The position numbers and the translations under genes are program-made. From Bacilli bacterium (lineage in GTDB: Bacteria; Bacillota_I; Bacilli_A; RFN20; CAG-826), in the NCBI GenBank assembly GCA_024408495.1, contig JAKSUY010000003.1:1-59109 (forward strand): 59,109 bases of DNA. The letters run 5' to 3'. The notes under the pieces were generated by a model. That model saw only the letters and a program-made list of their open reading frames with translations. It was not told where the DNA came from and searched no databases. Shown here piece by piece: positions 1 through 9,561 of this stretch (position 1 is its first letter; every line of letters begins with the position of its first letter).

Positions 1-410
1 AAGTGCTTAAAGAAGTTCCTAAAGTTAGAAAAGATTTAGGCTATCCACCACTAGTTACTCCATTATCCCAAATGGTTGGTACTCAAGCGGTGATGAACGT
101 TATTACTGGTGAACGTTATAAGATGGTGCCAAAAGAGATTAACGATTATCTACATGGTAAGTATGGTAAATCACCTGGAGAAGTTAATGCAGAAATCCGT
201 AAGAAGATTATTGGTGATGATAAGGTCATTACTTATCGTCCAGCGGATGATTTAAAACCAGAATTCAAAGAATTAAAGAAGAAATATAAGAAGATCGCTA
301 AGACCGATGAAGATGTGCTTTCATTAGCGTTATTCCCAGAAGTCGCAATGAAATTCTTTGAGCAAAAAAAGGCTGATAAAAAGCCCACTAAGATTAAGGT
401 GAAGGCATAA
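1..410 (+). CDS. oadA: Oxaloacetate decarboxylase alpha / pyruvate carboxylase B subunit, C-terminal part (5'-truncated by window edge)
   Basis: VRKDLGYPPLVTPLSQMVGTQA and LHGKYGKSPG motifs of the carboxyltransferase domain; no fused biotinyl domain; followed by gamma, biotin-carrier and beta subunit genes. Confidence 0.9.
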   Translation, partial: VLKEVPKVRKDLGYPPLVTPLSQMVGTQAVMNVITGERYKMVPKEINDYLHGKYGKSPGEVNAEIRKKIIGDDKVITYRPADDLKPEFKELKKKYKKIAKTDEDVLSLALFPEVAMKFFEQKKADKKPTKIKVKA

Positions 411-411
411 T

Positions 412-711
412 ATGGTATTTCAAGGTATTTGGCCATCTGGTGACTTTAGCGCAGTTGATGCATTAATTGTGAGTGCAATTGCAATTGTTATTGTTTTTTT
501 AGTTTTAATTATCGTGATTTTAATTACACACGGCATTACGGTTGCGCAAGATAAAGCCGATAGCGTTGTGCAAATTAAACCACGTCCAGAAAACAAAATC
601 TTAGAAGACGATAAAGATGCTGTAGCAGCGGTTTTAGCCGCTACGATTGACTTCCATAAAGAGACTGGTAAAAATCCAGAAGTCAAAAGCATCGAAAGAA
701 TTGATGAATAA
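412..711 (+). CDS. oadG: OadG-family (gamma/delta) subunit of Na+-translocating decarboxylase
   Basis: Single N-terminal TM helix (AIVIVFLVLIIVILI), VAAVLAATI motif, position between alpha and biotin-carrier genes. Confidence 0.8.
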   Translation: MVFQGIWPSGDFSAVDALIVSAIAIVIVFLVLIIVILITHGITVAQDKADSVVQIKPRPENKILEDDKDAVAAVLAATIDFHKETGKNPEVKSIERIDE

Positions 712-723
712 AAGGAGATAGAT

Positions 724-1083
724 ATGAAAATCTACAAAATCAAAGTAAACGGGAAGACTTATAAAGTCGAACTCGAAGCAATGGAAGAAGTTAAAAGCGC
801 AAATAGCGCTGCTCCTGTTGCAGTTAAGAAAGAAGAAAAGAAAGCGGCGGCTCCAGTATCAACTGGTGAAGGTCATGAAGTCTTAGCGCCGATTCAAGGT
901 ATGTTATTAAAATACAAAGTTAAAGTCGGCGATAAGGTAAAGAAAGGCGATGTCCTTTTACTCATCGAAGCGATGAAATTAGAAAACGAGGTTTGTGCGC
1001 CTTGTGATGGAGTTGTTAGTGAAATCGTTGCCCAAGCTGGCAATATGGTCACTAATAAACAATTATTATTAAAGATTAAGTAG
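724..1083 (+). CDS. Biotin carboxyl carrier subunit of decarboxylase
   Basis: N-terminal YKIKVNGKTYKVELE, Ala/Lys/Pro linker, EAMKLENE biotinylation motif; SD AAGGAG upstream. Confidence 0.93.
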   Translation: MKIYKIKVNGKTYKVELEAMEEVKSANSAAPVAVKKEEKKAAAPVSTGEGHEVLAPIQGMLLKYKVKVGDKVKKGDVLLLIEAMKLENEVCAPCDGVVSEIVAQAGNMVTNKQLLLKIK

Positions 1084-1087
1084 TTTT

Positions 1088-2437
1088 ATGGCGTTTTGGA
1101 ACACAATAGTTGAATTCTTCAAACAATCTGGCATTGCCGGCTTCTTTGTTAGCGGCGGCTGGAAGAATTTAATCATGATTGTTCTCGCCTTAATTCTATT
1201 GTTCTTAGCTATTAAAAAAGACTTTGAACCATATTTATTACTTCCAATCGCATTTGGTATGCTGCTCGTTAACATTCCTTTTGCAGGGCAAGAAGTATTT
1301 AAAGGCGGGACTGCGTATAACTTAGCTGGATTTGCTAGCGTTGCTGGCATTCAGTCTGGTAGTGCTGATTATACGATACTCACACAAATATTTGAGTCGC
1401 TAGGCGGGGTAGATGGCAAATACACTGTAAAGGCCATTTACACGACAGCGTTTGATTTCCCGGGCATGACACAAACTTTAAAAGATGCAATTATCAATGC
1501 TTATAATAGCGACTGCACAGGTCTATTAGGCTGGTTATACTACGGAGTTAAGTTAGGTATCTATCCATGTCTTATCTTCCTCTGTATTGGTGCAACCACT
1601 GACTTTGGTCCATTAATCAGCAATAAGAAAACAATGTTATTAGGTGCCGCTGCACAAATCGGTATCTTTATTACATTCATCGGTGCTATCTTACTTAAAT
1701 TCACACCACAAGAAGCAGGCGCAATTGGTATTATTGGTGGCGCAGATGGTCCAACCGCTATCTTAGTCACTACTAATTTAGCCCCTGCTTTATTACCATC
1801 TATTTCAATTGCGGCTTATTCGTATATGGCATTAGTACCAGTGATTCAACCACCAATTATAAAATTATTAACAACTAAAAAAGAACGTTTAATTAGAATG
1901 GATGCAAACATTAAACCGGTTAGCAAACGGGAAAGAATCATGTTCCCTATCATCGTGTCTTTAGTTGTTATTTTACTTGTCCCAAGTTGCGCACCTTTAA
2001 TCGGTTGCTTAATGCTTGGTAACTTAATTAAAGAATCTGGCGTTGTTCCTAACATCACACATACCTTATCAAACGGATTACTTTACACCGTGACCATTCT
2101 TTTAGGTCTTTGCGTTGGCGCAACTGCGACGGCTGAAAGTTTCTTAACTATCCAAACCATTGAAATATTTGCTTTAGGTATATTTGCTTTCGCTATCGCT
2201 ACTGCAGGTGGTGTTCTTGGTGGTAAATTAATGTGTGTAGCCACAAAGGGTAAAGTTAACCCAATGATTGGTGCTGCTGGTGTTAGCGCAGTTCCAATGG
2301 CAGCACGTGTTGTTCATAAGATGGGACAAAAAGAAGATCCAGAAAACTTCTTACTTATGCACGCGATGGGACCAAATGTCGCCGGTGTTATCGGTTCAGC
2401 CGTAGCAGCAGGTGTCTTACTCTTATTATTTAAATAA
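1088..2437 (+). CDS. oadB: Na+-translocating decarboxylase beta subunit
   Basis: FEPYLLLPIAFG, IGIIGGADGPT, GAAGVSAVPMAARV, HAMGPNVAGVIGS motifs. Confidence 0.96.
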   Translation: MAFWNTIVEFFKQSGIAGFFVSGGWKNLIMIVLALILLFLAIKKDFEPYLLLPIAFGMLLVNIPFAGQEVFKGGTAYNLAGFASVAGIQSGSADYTILTQIFESLGGVDGKYTVKAIYTTAFDFPGMTQTLKDAIINAYNSDCTGLLGWLYYGVKLGIYPCLIFLCIGATTDFGPLISNKKTMLLGAAAQIGIFITFIGAILLKFTPQEAGAIGIIGGADGPTAILVTTNLAPALLPSISIAAYSYMALVPVIQPPIIKLLTTKKERLIRMDANIKPVSKRERIMFPIIVSLVVILLVPSCAPLIGCLMLGNLIKESGVVPNITHTLSNGLLYTVTILLGLCVGATATAESFLTIQTIEIFALGIFAFAIATAGGVLGGKLMCVATKGKVNPMIGAAGVSAVPMAARVVHKMGQKEDPENFLLMHAMGPNVAGVIGSAVAAGVLLLLFK

Positions 2438-2492
2438 TAGGTTATATTAATATTTAATGATTGGCTATTTTTGTTTTACAATTAAATAGTCT

Positions 2493-3770
2493 ATGAATAA
2501 GACAGTTATTCAATATAACTATAAAAAAGACACTATCACTAATACTATTGCACAGATTTTGTATTTAGTGGTTTTATGGCTAATGACCATTATCACTCCA
2601 CGACTTAGCACAAGTGCGGATGCTGGCATTTTTACAATTGCATTATCCGTAAGTAATATATGCACTGCTATTGCCACTTATAGTATTAATTTCTTTATTG
2701 CCAGTGATATCAAACATAAGTATGGTGATCAACATTATTTCTTCTTTGGATTAATGTCTACCACCCTTTCTTTGTTAGTCTCGTTTGTTATCACTTTATC
2801 ATTCGGTTATCATTACGATAGCTTCTTATTTTGGGCAGTTATTCTTTATTATTTATTTAAATGTGCTGAGAATATCACCATTATTATTACTGCTAATATG
2901 CAAAGAGCTGGCAAATTATATATTTCTTCCTATGCGTTAATGATTAAAGCGATTATTTGTTTATTAATCTTTACCTTAACTTTATTTTTAAGTCGTAATT
3001 TGGTTTTAACGTTTGGATTATTGATGGGATTTAGTTTACTTTATTTAATTTTTGTAGATTGTCGATTATTAAAGAAGTATACAAATGTCGATTATTCAAT
3101 TAACAAGATTATTTTAAAAACATCATTATTTATTTTTATTGCTGCTTTGCCAACGTTTATCTATGGAATTACTTTTGCCAGCATTGTTTCTTATCCACGA
3201 TTAATCCTTCAACAAGTTACCAGTAAAGAAATCGTTGGTTATTTTGGTTCAATGGCTGCAGTTGCTACTTTAATTCAAAGCGGATTAAGCGCTTTATTTA
3301 TGCCGTTTCTACCACTTATAAGCAACTATTATGCTGAACACAAATATAAGCAATTATTAAAACTACTATTAATATTCGTTCTATTTATTGTCATTATCAC
3401 TATGATTGCCTTCATCTGCTCTCTTTTCTTAGATAAATGGTTAATGGGTATTATTTATCCCGCCGATCAAGAAGCCATTAATTACGCTATTTACTTTAGA
3501 TGGATTATCTTAATTAACGGTCTACAAGCATTTGTAATTTTAGTTTGTTTAACAATGATAAGTTTGAGAACATTAATCCCTTTGGCAATCATTTCCATTG
3601 TTAGTCTAGCTTTAATGTTTTTAACTTCTCATTTATTAATTCCTGATTATCTCATTATGGGAGTTATTTATAGTTATTCAATTAGTTATGGCTTAATGGC
3701 ATTAGCAGGAATAGTAATTATTTATTTGGCGTTAAAAGATAAATTATCCACTAAAATGATTACTTATTAA
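2493..3770 (+). CDS. Wzx/MOP-family polysaccharide or teichoic-acid flippase
   Basis: About 12 hydrophobic segments, ITPRL...GIF N-terminal pattern and PR..L...VGYF motif typical of Wzx; adjacent to licC/licD. Confidence 0.75.
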   Translation: MNKTVIQYNYKKDTITNTIAQILYLVVLWLMTIITPRLSTSADAGIFTIALSVSNICTAIATYSINFFIASDIKHKYGDQHYFFFGLMSTTLSLLVSFVITLSFGYHYDSFLFWAVILYYLFKCAENITIIITANMQRAGKLYISSYALMIKAIICLLIFTLTLFLSRNLVLTFGLLMGFSLLYLIFVDCRLLKKYTNVDYSINKIILKTSLFIFIAALPTFIYGITFASIVSYPRLILQQVTSKEIVGYFGSMAAVATLIQSGLSALFMPFLPLISNYYAEHKYKQLLKLLLIFVLFIVIITMIAFICSLFLDKWLMGIIYPADQEAINYAIYFRWIILINGLQAFVILVCLTMISLRTLIPLAIISIVSLALMFLTSHLLIPDYLIMGVIYSYSISYGLMALAGIVIIYLALKDKLSTKMITY

Positions 3771-3795
3771 CTAGTTAATGTTGTAAAATAAATTT

Positions 3796-4584
3796 ATGAA
3801 ATTAACTCGCAAACAATTTGAAAAATTAAATAAACGTTTTAATCAACATAAAGCTAATAAGAATGATTTAAAAACATTAGCGCCTTATCAAGTTAATAAT
3901 GCAATTATCATGGCGGCAGGAAAATCATCTAGATTCGCTCCGCTATGCTATAAAACGCCAAAGGGTTTAGTTAAAGTTAAAGGCGAAATATTGATTGAAC
4001 GACAAATCAAACAGCTCCTAGATGTTGGAATTAAAGATATCATTATTGTTTTAGGTTATAAAAAAGAAATGTATCTTAAGTTCTTGAAAAAATATCCCTT
4101 TATCAAAGTCATCATTAATAACAAATATATTCAAAGAAATAACATAGAGTCTCTCTATTTAGCGCGCAAATATATTCGTAACACCTATATTTGTTCATGC
4201 GATGATTATTTTACCATCAATCCATTTTCTCATTATGAATACGAGGCCTATTATGCAGGTACTCCCGGCGGAGAAACATTCGATGAATTTTATATGGATT
4301 TAGATAAACTTGGATATATTAAAAGCATCCGTTTAAAACTTAAAAAAGGTAACATCATGTTTGGCCACGCTTTTTGGAATGAAACGTTTTCTAAAGCGAT
4401 GCTCAAATTAATAGATGAGAAGCATACTACCAAAAAATATAGCCAAAAACTGTGGGATGTTTTGCTAATGGATTATTTAAAGAAATTGCCTCCAATGTAT
4501 GGAAAACTATATCCTAATGGCGTTATTAATGAATTCGACACAGTAGCGGATTTAGCTAAGTTCGATAAAGCTTATGATCAATAA
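3796..4584 (+). CDS. licC: LicC-like CTP:phosphocholine cytidylyltransferase (NTP_transf family)
   Basis: NAIIMAAGKSSRFAP...PKGL...LIERQI...LGYKKE; C-terminal EFDTVADL. Confidence 0.8.
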   Translation: MKLTRKQFEKLNKRFNQHKANKNDLKTLAPYQVNNAIIMAAGKSSRFAPLCYKTPKGLVKVKGEILIERQIKQLLDVGIKDIIIVLGYKKEMYLKFLKKYPFIKVIINNKYIQRNNIESLYLARKYIRNTYICSCDDYFTINPFSHYEYEAYYAGTPGGETFDEFYMDLDKLGYIKSIRLKLKKGNIMFGHAFWNETFSKAMLKLIDEKHTTKKYSQKLWDVLLMDYLKKLPPMYGKLYPNGVINEFDTVADLAKFDKAYDQ

Positions 4585-5462
4585 TATTTATTTAAACTAT
4601 CTTGGTTAAACCCATTTATTTTAAAGTGCGATATATACTTACTATTATCGATAATTGGCGTTAAATAATTTTCTCCATATAGTTGCTTTAAAATAACTTC
4701 ATAATCAACAAAACAAGGTAAATGAATTTTGCTAAATTCTTTAATATCAATATGTTGAAAGTTAGCGGGATTAAAAATAAATTTTAAATCAAGCATACTT
4801 CCGGTATCGCAATAAGAATATTTCTTTTTATGTTGATACTTTTTACAAATTTTATAGTAATGGTTTAACAAAAGATTCAAATTAAATAGTTTTCCGAAGA
4901 AACGGAAGAAACGGAAGCCAGCGCGTTGGATGAACGGAATTTTGATATCTTTAAATTGATGATTACCATGCGCTGAACATAATGCATAAATAATCTTTAA
5001 ACGAAGAGTAAATAATTTAAAAAACATTTTATTTTTAGGCGCTTTATCTAATACAAATAAGTCAACACGAGGATATTCCATATATAGCGTATTATTAAAT
5101 TCATCTTTTGCTTCATATTTATTCTTTTTAAGAATAATTTTAGGAATTAAATCAACGAATTTGCCTTGATAAGAAAACGCTGTTATTAGGCGAAACGGTG
5201 CTTTGCTCTCTTTTTGCCACACACCTATTAAACGTTCGTAATTATCACGAGTTATAAAAATATCACTATCATCATCCCACGGGATAAATCCTTTATGGCG
5301 GATTTGGCCAAGCATCGTTCCATACGCAGTTGAATATTGGATATTATGCAATTTAGCAATTCGATCAAATTCACTCAAAATATCAATTAAATCATTATGG
5401 AGTTCTACTAGACCACATTCTTTTTCAATTTGTTGGTCTTTACTAATTGAATATTCTTCCAT
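4578..5462 (-). CDS. licD: LicD-family phosphotransferase
   Basis: YGTMLGQIRHKGFIPWDDDSD, VDLFVLD and LKQLYGENYLTP motifs. Confidence 0.9.
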   Translation of the reverse strand: MEEYSISKDQQIEKECGLVELHNDLIDILSEFDRIAKLHNIQYSTAYGTMLGQIRHKGFIPWDDDSDIFITRDNYERLIGVWQKESKAPFRLITAFSYQGKFVDLIPKIILKKNKYEAKDEFNNTLYMEYPRVDLFVLDKAPKNKMFFKLFTLRLKIIYALCSAHGNHQFKDIKIPFIQRAGFRFFRFFGKLFNLNLLLNHYYKICKKYQHKKKYSYCDTGSMLDLKFIFNPANFQHIDIKEFSKIHLPCFVDYEVILKQLYGENYLTPIIDNSKYISHFKINGFNQDSLNKYY

Positions 5463-5513
5463 TAAAATGATTTTATCATTTTTATATCAACTAATGATAT
5501 AGTTATTTTATCT

Positions 5514-7160
5514 ATGAAATCGCTAATTAATTATATTAAGCGCGACAAAATTAATTCCCTTTTGTTATTAGTATCTTTAATTTGGTTTATTGTCGTTATG
5601 GCAATCGTAGGCGCAGATTTCTTTAGTCGCTTTTCAGTTGAACTAGAGGAAGGGGTTCGTGAAGATGGTTCTTTATACTACATGGTTGGAAAAGGCATCG
5701 TTAACGGCTACACACCCTATGTCGATTTTTTTGAAACGAAAGGGCCGTTTTTATTTTATATATGTGCTTTAGGATACCTAATTAGTGGTCCTAATAGTTA
5801 TTACGCTGTCAATGTTTTTAGTTTTATTTGCATCTTAGGAATGGCGCTGCTACCGCTCATTTTTATCGTTATTCGCTTTATCAAGAAAAAACAAAAAAAT
5901 TACCTTCGTTTTGCTGCGACCATCTTAGCGGTGTTTCCGCTTTCTTTCCTTTTAGCATCATCCGCTCAATATTTTGCTGGAAGAATTCACGCTGAAATCT
6001 TTTGCTCATTTTTTGTTTTAATTGCTTTTTTACTTCTATATCTTGTTGATGGCAAAAAGTTAAAATTTTATTCGCCGACAATATTTATAACCGGTTTATT
6101 ATTTTTCTTCGCAGCATTAAGCAAGGAGACTTTTGCATTTATTGCCGTAATCGGTGTTTTGTTTATTTGTCGTTCGAAGCGTGATTTAATTTATAAATTT
6201 TTGCTCCCATTCTCATATGGCGTTATCTTCGCACTAATTTTTTTAGCGGCAACTCAAACATTGATTCCTTATTTTACTATCTATATTAAATCAATGATTG
6301 AAATATGGCTTCCATCTCCTGATAAAGGGTATACTAATGTTCCTTTTATCATTAAAATGCTTGATTTTCCTAACGTTATTAGATTTTTGTGGGGTTTCTC
6401 TCCAATTTTAACGATTTCTATCATTATCGGTTTTCTTCTAACATACTTTTTTATTGTTAAAGATATCGCATTAGCGCATAACCATTCGACTGTTATAAAC
6501 GTATTAATATCTATTTGGTATTGCTTTTCATTAACGTTCATTACAACATTTGTGCTCGCACTCGGCGATCCAACATTCCTACATCAACAGGCAAGCGGAA
6601 TTCCTATTTATTATTTAATTTTGCTTTTTCTAATTGATAACGTAGCTTTTCGCTATCAATTATCGTTTAAAGCAAAAAAGCGCAGTCAACGTATCAATTT
6701 AGTAACTCCTGTCGTCTCTTTTATTAGTTGTCTCAGCATTTTCTTATTACCATCATTTGACTATAGGCAAATCGCTGGGCCATACACTCTTCAAGCTAGC
6801 AAAGAATGTGCAGTCTATGTTGATCAAGTATTAGATGCCTTAAACGAAGAGCGCTATCAATTTGTTGGAAATTTCTTCCGAGCAATATATCCCTATACAA
6901 AGCACCTACCGTATGGTCCTTGCTTTTTTCAAACTGATGCTATGCTTTCAACTAACGATAACTATTTAGCCTTAAATTTAAAATCACAAATTCAGAAAGC
7001 AAACGTAGTGATAGTAACTAATATGAATTGCGGGGTTCTAAACACCTGGATACTTAGCTATTTAAATGGTTATTTTACGACTGATGCCCCTGAAATTGTT
7101 AAAGAAATACCCAGCCCTGTTTCTTTTAGCTTTGCAAAAATTTTTTATCGCATTGTATAA
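5514..7160 (+). CDS. GT-C fold polytopic membrane glycosyltransferase (ArnT/PMT/GT87-like)
   Basis: Acidic residue after first TM (REDGSLY), GYTPYVDFFETKGP motif, about 11 TM helices, extracellular C-terminal domain. Confidence 0.7.
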   Translation: MKSLINYIKRDKINSLLLLVSLIWFIVVMAIVGADFFSRFSVELEEGVREDGSLYYMVGKGIVNGYTPYVDFFETKGPFLFYICALGYLISGPNSYYAVNVFSFICILGMALLPLIFIVIRFIKKKQKNYLRFAATILAVFPLSFLLASSAQYFAGRIHAEIFCSFFVLIAFLLLYLVDGKKLKFYSPTIFITGLLFFFAALSKETFAFIAVIGVLFICRSKRDLIYKFLLPFSYGVIFALIFLAATQTLIPYFTIYIKSMIEIWLPSPDKGYTNVPFIIKMLDFPNVIRFLWGFSPILTISIIIGFLLTYFFIVKDIALAHNHSTVINVLISIWYCFSLTFITTFVLALGDPTFLHQQASGIPIYYLILLFLIDNVAFRYQLSFKAKKRSQRINLVTPVVSFISCLSIFLLPSFDYRQIAGPYTLQASKECAVYVDQVLDALNEERYQFVGNFFRAIYPYTKHLPYGPCFFQTDAMLSTNDNYLALNLKSQIQKANVVIVTNMNCGVLNTWILSYLNGYFTTDAPEIVKEIPSPVSFSFAKIFYRIV

Positions 7161-7224
7161 CAATGCGAATGTAATGTGATATACTATGCTATAGTATCCA
7201 TAATTTATTTCAAGGAGATAAAAT

Positions 7225-9558
7225 ATGAGTAATTTAAAAAACACATTAATTGATTTATCAAAATTATCTGCTCAAGTACTAAACAGCTCCAGCGATAAAT
7301 ACGTGGATGTATTTTGCATTTTTAAATATAACAAGCGACCAATTGAAAAAATTGTTCCCGTGCCAGTTAAAAGCGGTGCTAATAATAGTTATTATATTTC
7401 GACCGCAAAAGCAATTCTCGCTGATGCAAAAAAGAGTGGAGAGTTAGTTAAATATTGTGAGAGATATTTAAAATCTAGCGCTTCTATTGCAAATCCTATT
7501 CTTAAGGTCGCCGCAATTACAGGAGTATCATTACTGGCGGTTGCCGCCATTGGTACTGGCGCTTTTTTTCTTGGCAAGCACCTTACTCCTGGAGGCGGGA
7601 GCGATGGATTAATTGAAGTAACATTTGATGCTGTTTCTACAGAAGATCATTTAGCATACTTTAACAACGACCCTACCCTCACCGCTTTAAAAGTTAAAGT
7701 TGGGAAAGGAATTACTTTTGGTGAAGTTAAAAAGTTAGCGTCCAATTTGACGCGACACACTGGTGGAACGGTAGAAACACCCGTTTATGACATACTCGAT
7801 GCTTGGTCTGATATAACAAGCGAGGTTTCTGATGATCGCGTTTTAAACGATAACTTAACAGTGAGCGCATCTTATAAACCCGAAACCGTCAAGCTAACCA
7901 TCGATGCTTCGGGAAACACCCTTGGGACAATCAGAACTTCTTGGACTGCAGATACAATGGGAGCGGTTAGTAGAACACGAACGTTTGAAGTAAATAAAGG
8001 AACAACTCTTAAAGATGCTTTATACTTAGCTGATATTAAGAAGTACATTGAACCTACAATCGTTAAGTCGACAGGAACCCCTGGAGAATATACGTATGAT
8101 GATAGTATTCACTTTACTTTCTTCAGAGATGCAACAGGCGAAAAAGATATTTATCCACCTTATGAAACAACACCAGAAGCAAAACGAGATGACTACGAAA
8201 AATTTATCATTGACCGCGATGTAATTTTAACGGCTAACTATAGCGGAATGCCTAGTGGCGACCCAGTTGAATGGTTAAATGTGACTTTTTATGCGGCCGA
8301 TCCAATTTCAACGAGCCACGATGATTACCATCGTACTGGTGTATTTAAAAATACAGCTCAAAAAAAGGACTCCCTTTCCTCTAACACTGAAACCAAAAAC
8401 GTTGTTGGTATTGATACACCAGATGACTACACCACTTTTGCGCAAATATTAGAATTAGGTGCTTCTCAATATAAGACTCCGGAGGGTACATTTGCAACAT
8501 TTAAGCATTGGACCGATGAAACAGGCAAAATTTATGATCCAAATAATCCAGATACGACAACAATGTTCCCTCGTGATGTTTCTTTCTATGCTTACTATGA
8601 ACCAGATTTCCAAAAGGATACATTTAGTATGATTGCTGCCTTAGCTAAGAAAGGCAAAAATCAAATAAAAGAAGCGTATAACTTAACGAGCGATAAGGAT
8701 ATCTATAACTTAGAAAAAGATTTAGTGCTTGATGGCGTTACTTATACGGTAAGAGTTATCGGTGTCGCAACAGATTTTCAAGAATTTATTCTTGTAGATG
8801 ATCCTTACGAACGTTCTTATAAAAACGGTCAATTACAATATGATGGCCCTGAATTGTGGATTTTCTCTCAAAAACCTAGCGCTTTAACATTACAATTCAT
8901 TACTCCTTACGGAGATAAAATATCTTGGGGCCACAATAGCGACTTAAACTATTTATATCAAAATGAAAATTGCAACATTAAGAAAAAATTAGATGAGTTG
9001 GATACGAAATTAGAATCCGCTCTTGGAGACGTTTTAAAAACAACAAAAAGATTAATCGATTACGATGGTGATGAACCGATGGTACTTAATGAGATGGAAG
9101 CAGAATATCAATACGATGGTGAAAAAGGTTATGAAATGAATCTTAAAAGTTTTCTTATCGGAGGACGTGGCGAAACGTTGTTTGGAAGCGGTGAGCATGA
9201 TGGTCAAATACCATTTGTATATAATCCAGATGGAAGCGCGCCCCAAACCATGATTCAAATGATTCTCTCAAATTACACAAATCTTTATGGCGAAGCAGCT
9301 AAAGATAAGGCCAACTTTAAAACTTATTGGTCTAGATGGGATACATATATCAAAAAAGATTGGTGTGAAGATGATGTCACTCCACCCCGAATATATAAAT
9401 TAAATACAAATCTTTCATATTTTGATATAGATGAAGATGATGGAAAACTTGATGAATTCGAAGTAGAGAATCAAGGCACTTATGATAGCGTTCCCCCGCC
9501 TTGTACTGAAGAACATTATCTTTTCCCAGCTTTCGCGATTGGTGATGGCATTCTATAA
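7225..9558 (+). CDS. Membrane-anchored surface protein with InlB B-repeat-like domains and DUF6273-like C-terminal domain
   Basis: TM at about aa 93-116; three repeats of VTF(D/Y)A...TxxAxY type; C-terminal YTVRVIG...LTLQF...YWSR...FPAFAI pattern; SD AAGGAG. Confidence 0.5.
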   Translation: MSNLKNTLIDLSKLSAQVLNSSSDKYVDVFCIFKYNKRPIEKIVPVPVKSGANNSYYISTAKAILADAKKSGELVKYCERYLKSSASIANPILKVAAITGVSLLAVAAIGTGAFFLGKHLTPGGGSDGLIEVTFDAVSTEDHLAYFNNDPTLTALKVKVGKGITFGEVKKLASNLTRHTGGTVETPVYDILDAWSDITSEVSDDRVLNDNLTVSASYKPETVKLTIDASGNTLGTIRTSWTADTMGAVSRTRTFEVNKGTTLKDALYLADIKKYIEPTIVKSTGTPGEYTYDDSIHFTFFRDATGEKDIYPPYETTPEAKRDDYEKFIIDRDVILTANYSGMPSGDPVEWLNVTFYAADPISTSHDDYHRTGVFKNTAQKKDSLSSNTETKNVVGIDTPDDYTTFAQILELGASQYKTPEGTFATFKHWTDETGKIYDPNNPDTTTMFPRDVSFYAYYEPDFQKDTFSMIAALAKKGKNQIKEAYNLTSDKDIYNLEKDLVLDGVTYTVRVIGVATDFQEFILVDDPYERSYKNGQLQYDGPELWIFSQKPSALTLQFITPYGDKISWGHNSDLNYLYQNENCNIKKKLDELDTKLESALGDVLKTTKRLIDYDGDEPMVLNEMEAEYQYDGEKGYEMNLKSFLIGGRGETLFGSGEHDGQIPFVYNPDGSAPQTMIQMILSNYTNLYGEAAKDKANFKTYWSRWDTYIKKDWCEDDVTPPRIYKLNTNLSYFDIDEDDGKLDEFEVENQGTYDSVPPPCTEEHYLFPAFAIGDGIL

Positions 9559-9561
9559 TTA

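Noticed and set aside
1280-1520. Extra ~70-aa loop in OadB
   Set aside because: This loop is known to vary in length among decarboxylase beta subunits, so it is not distinctive.
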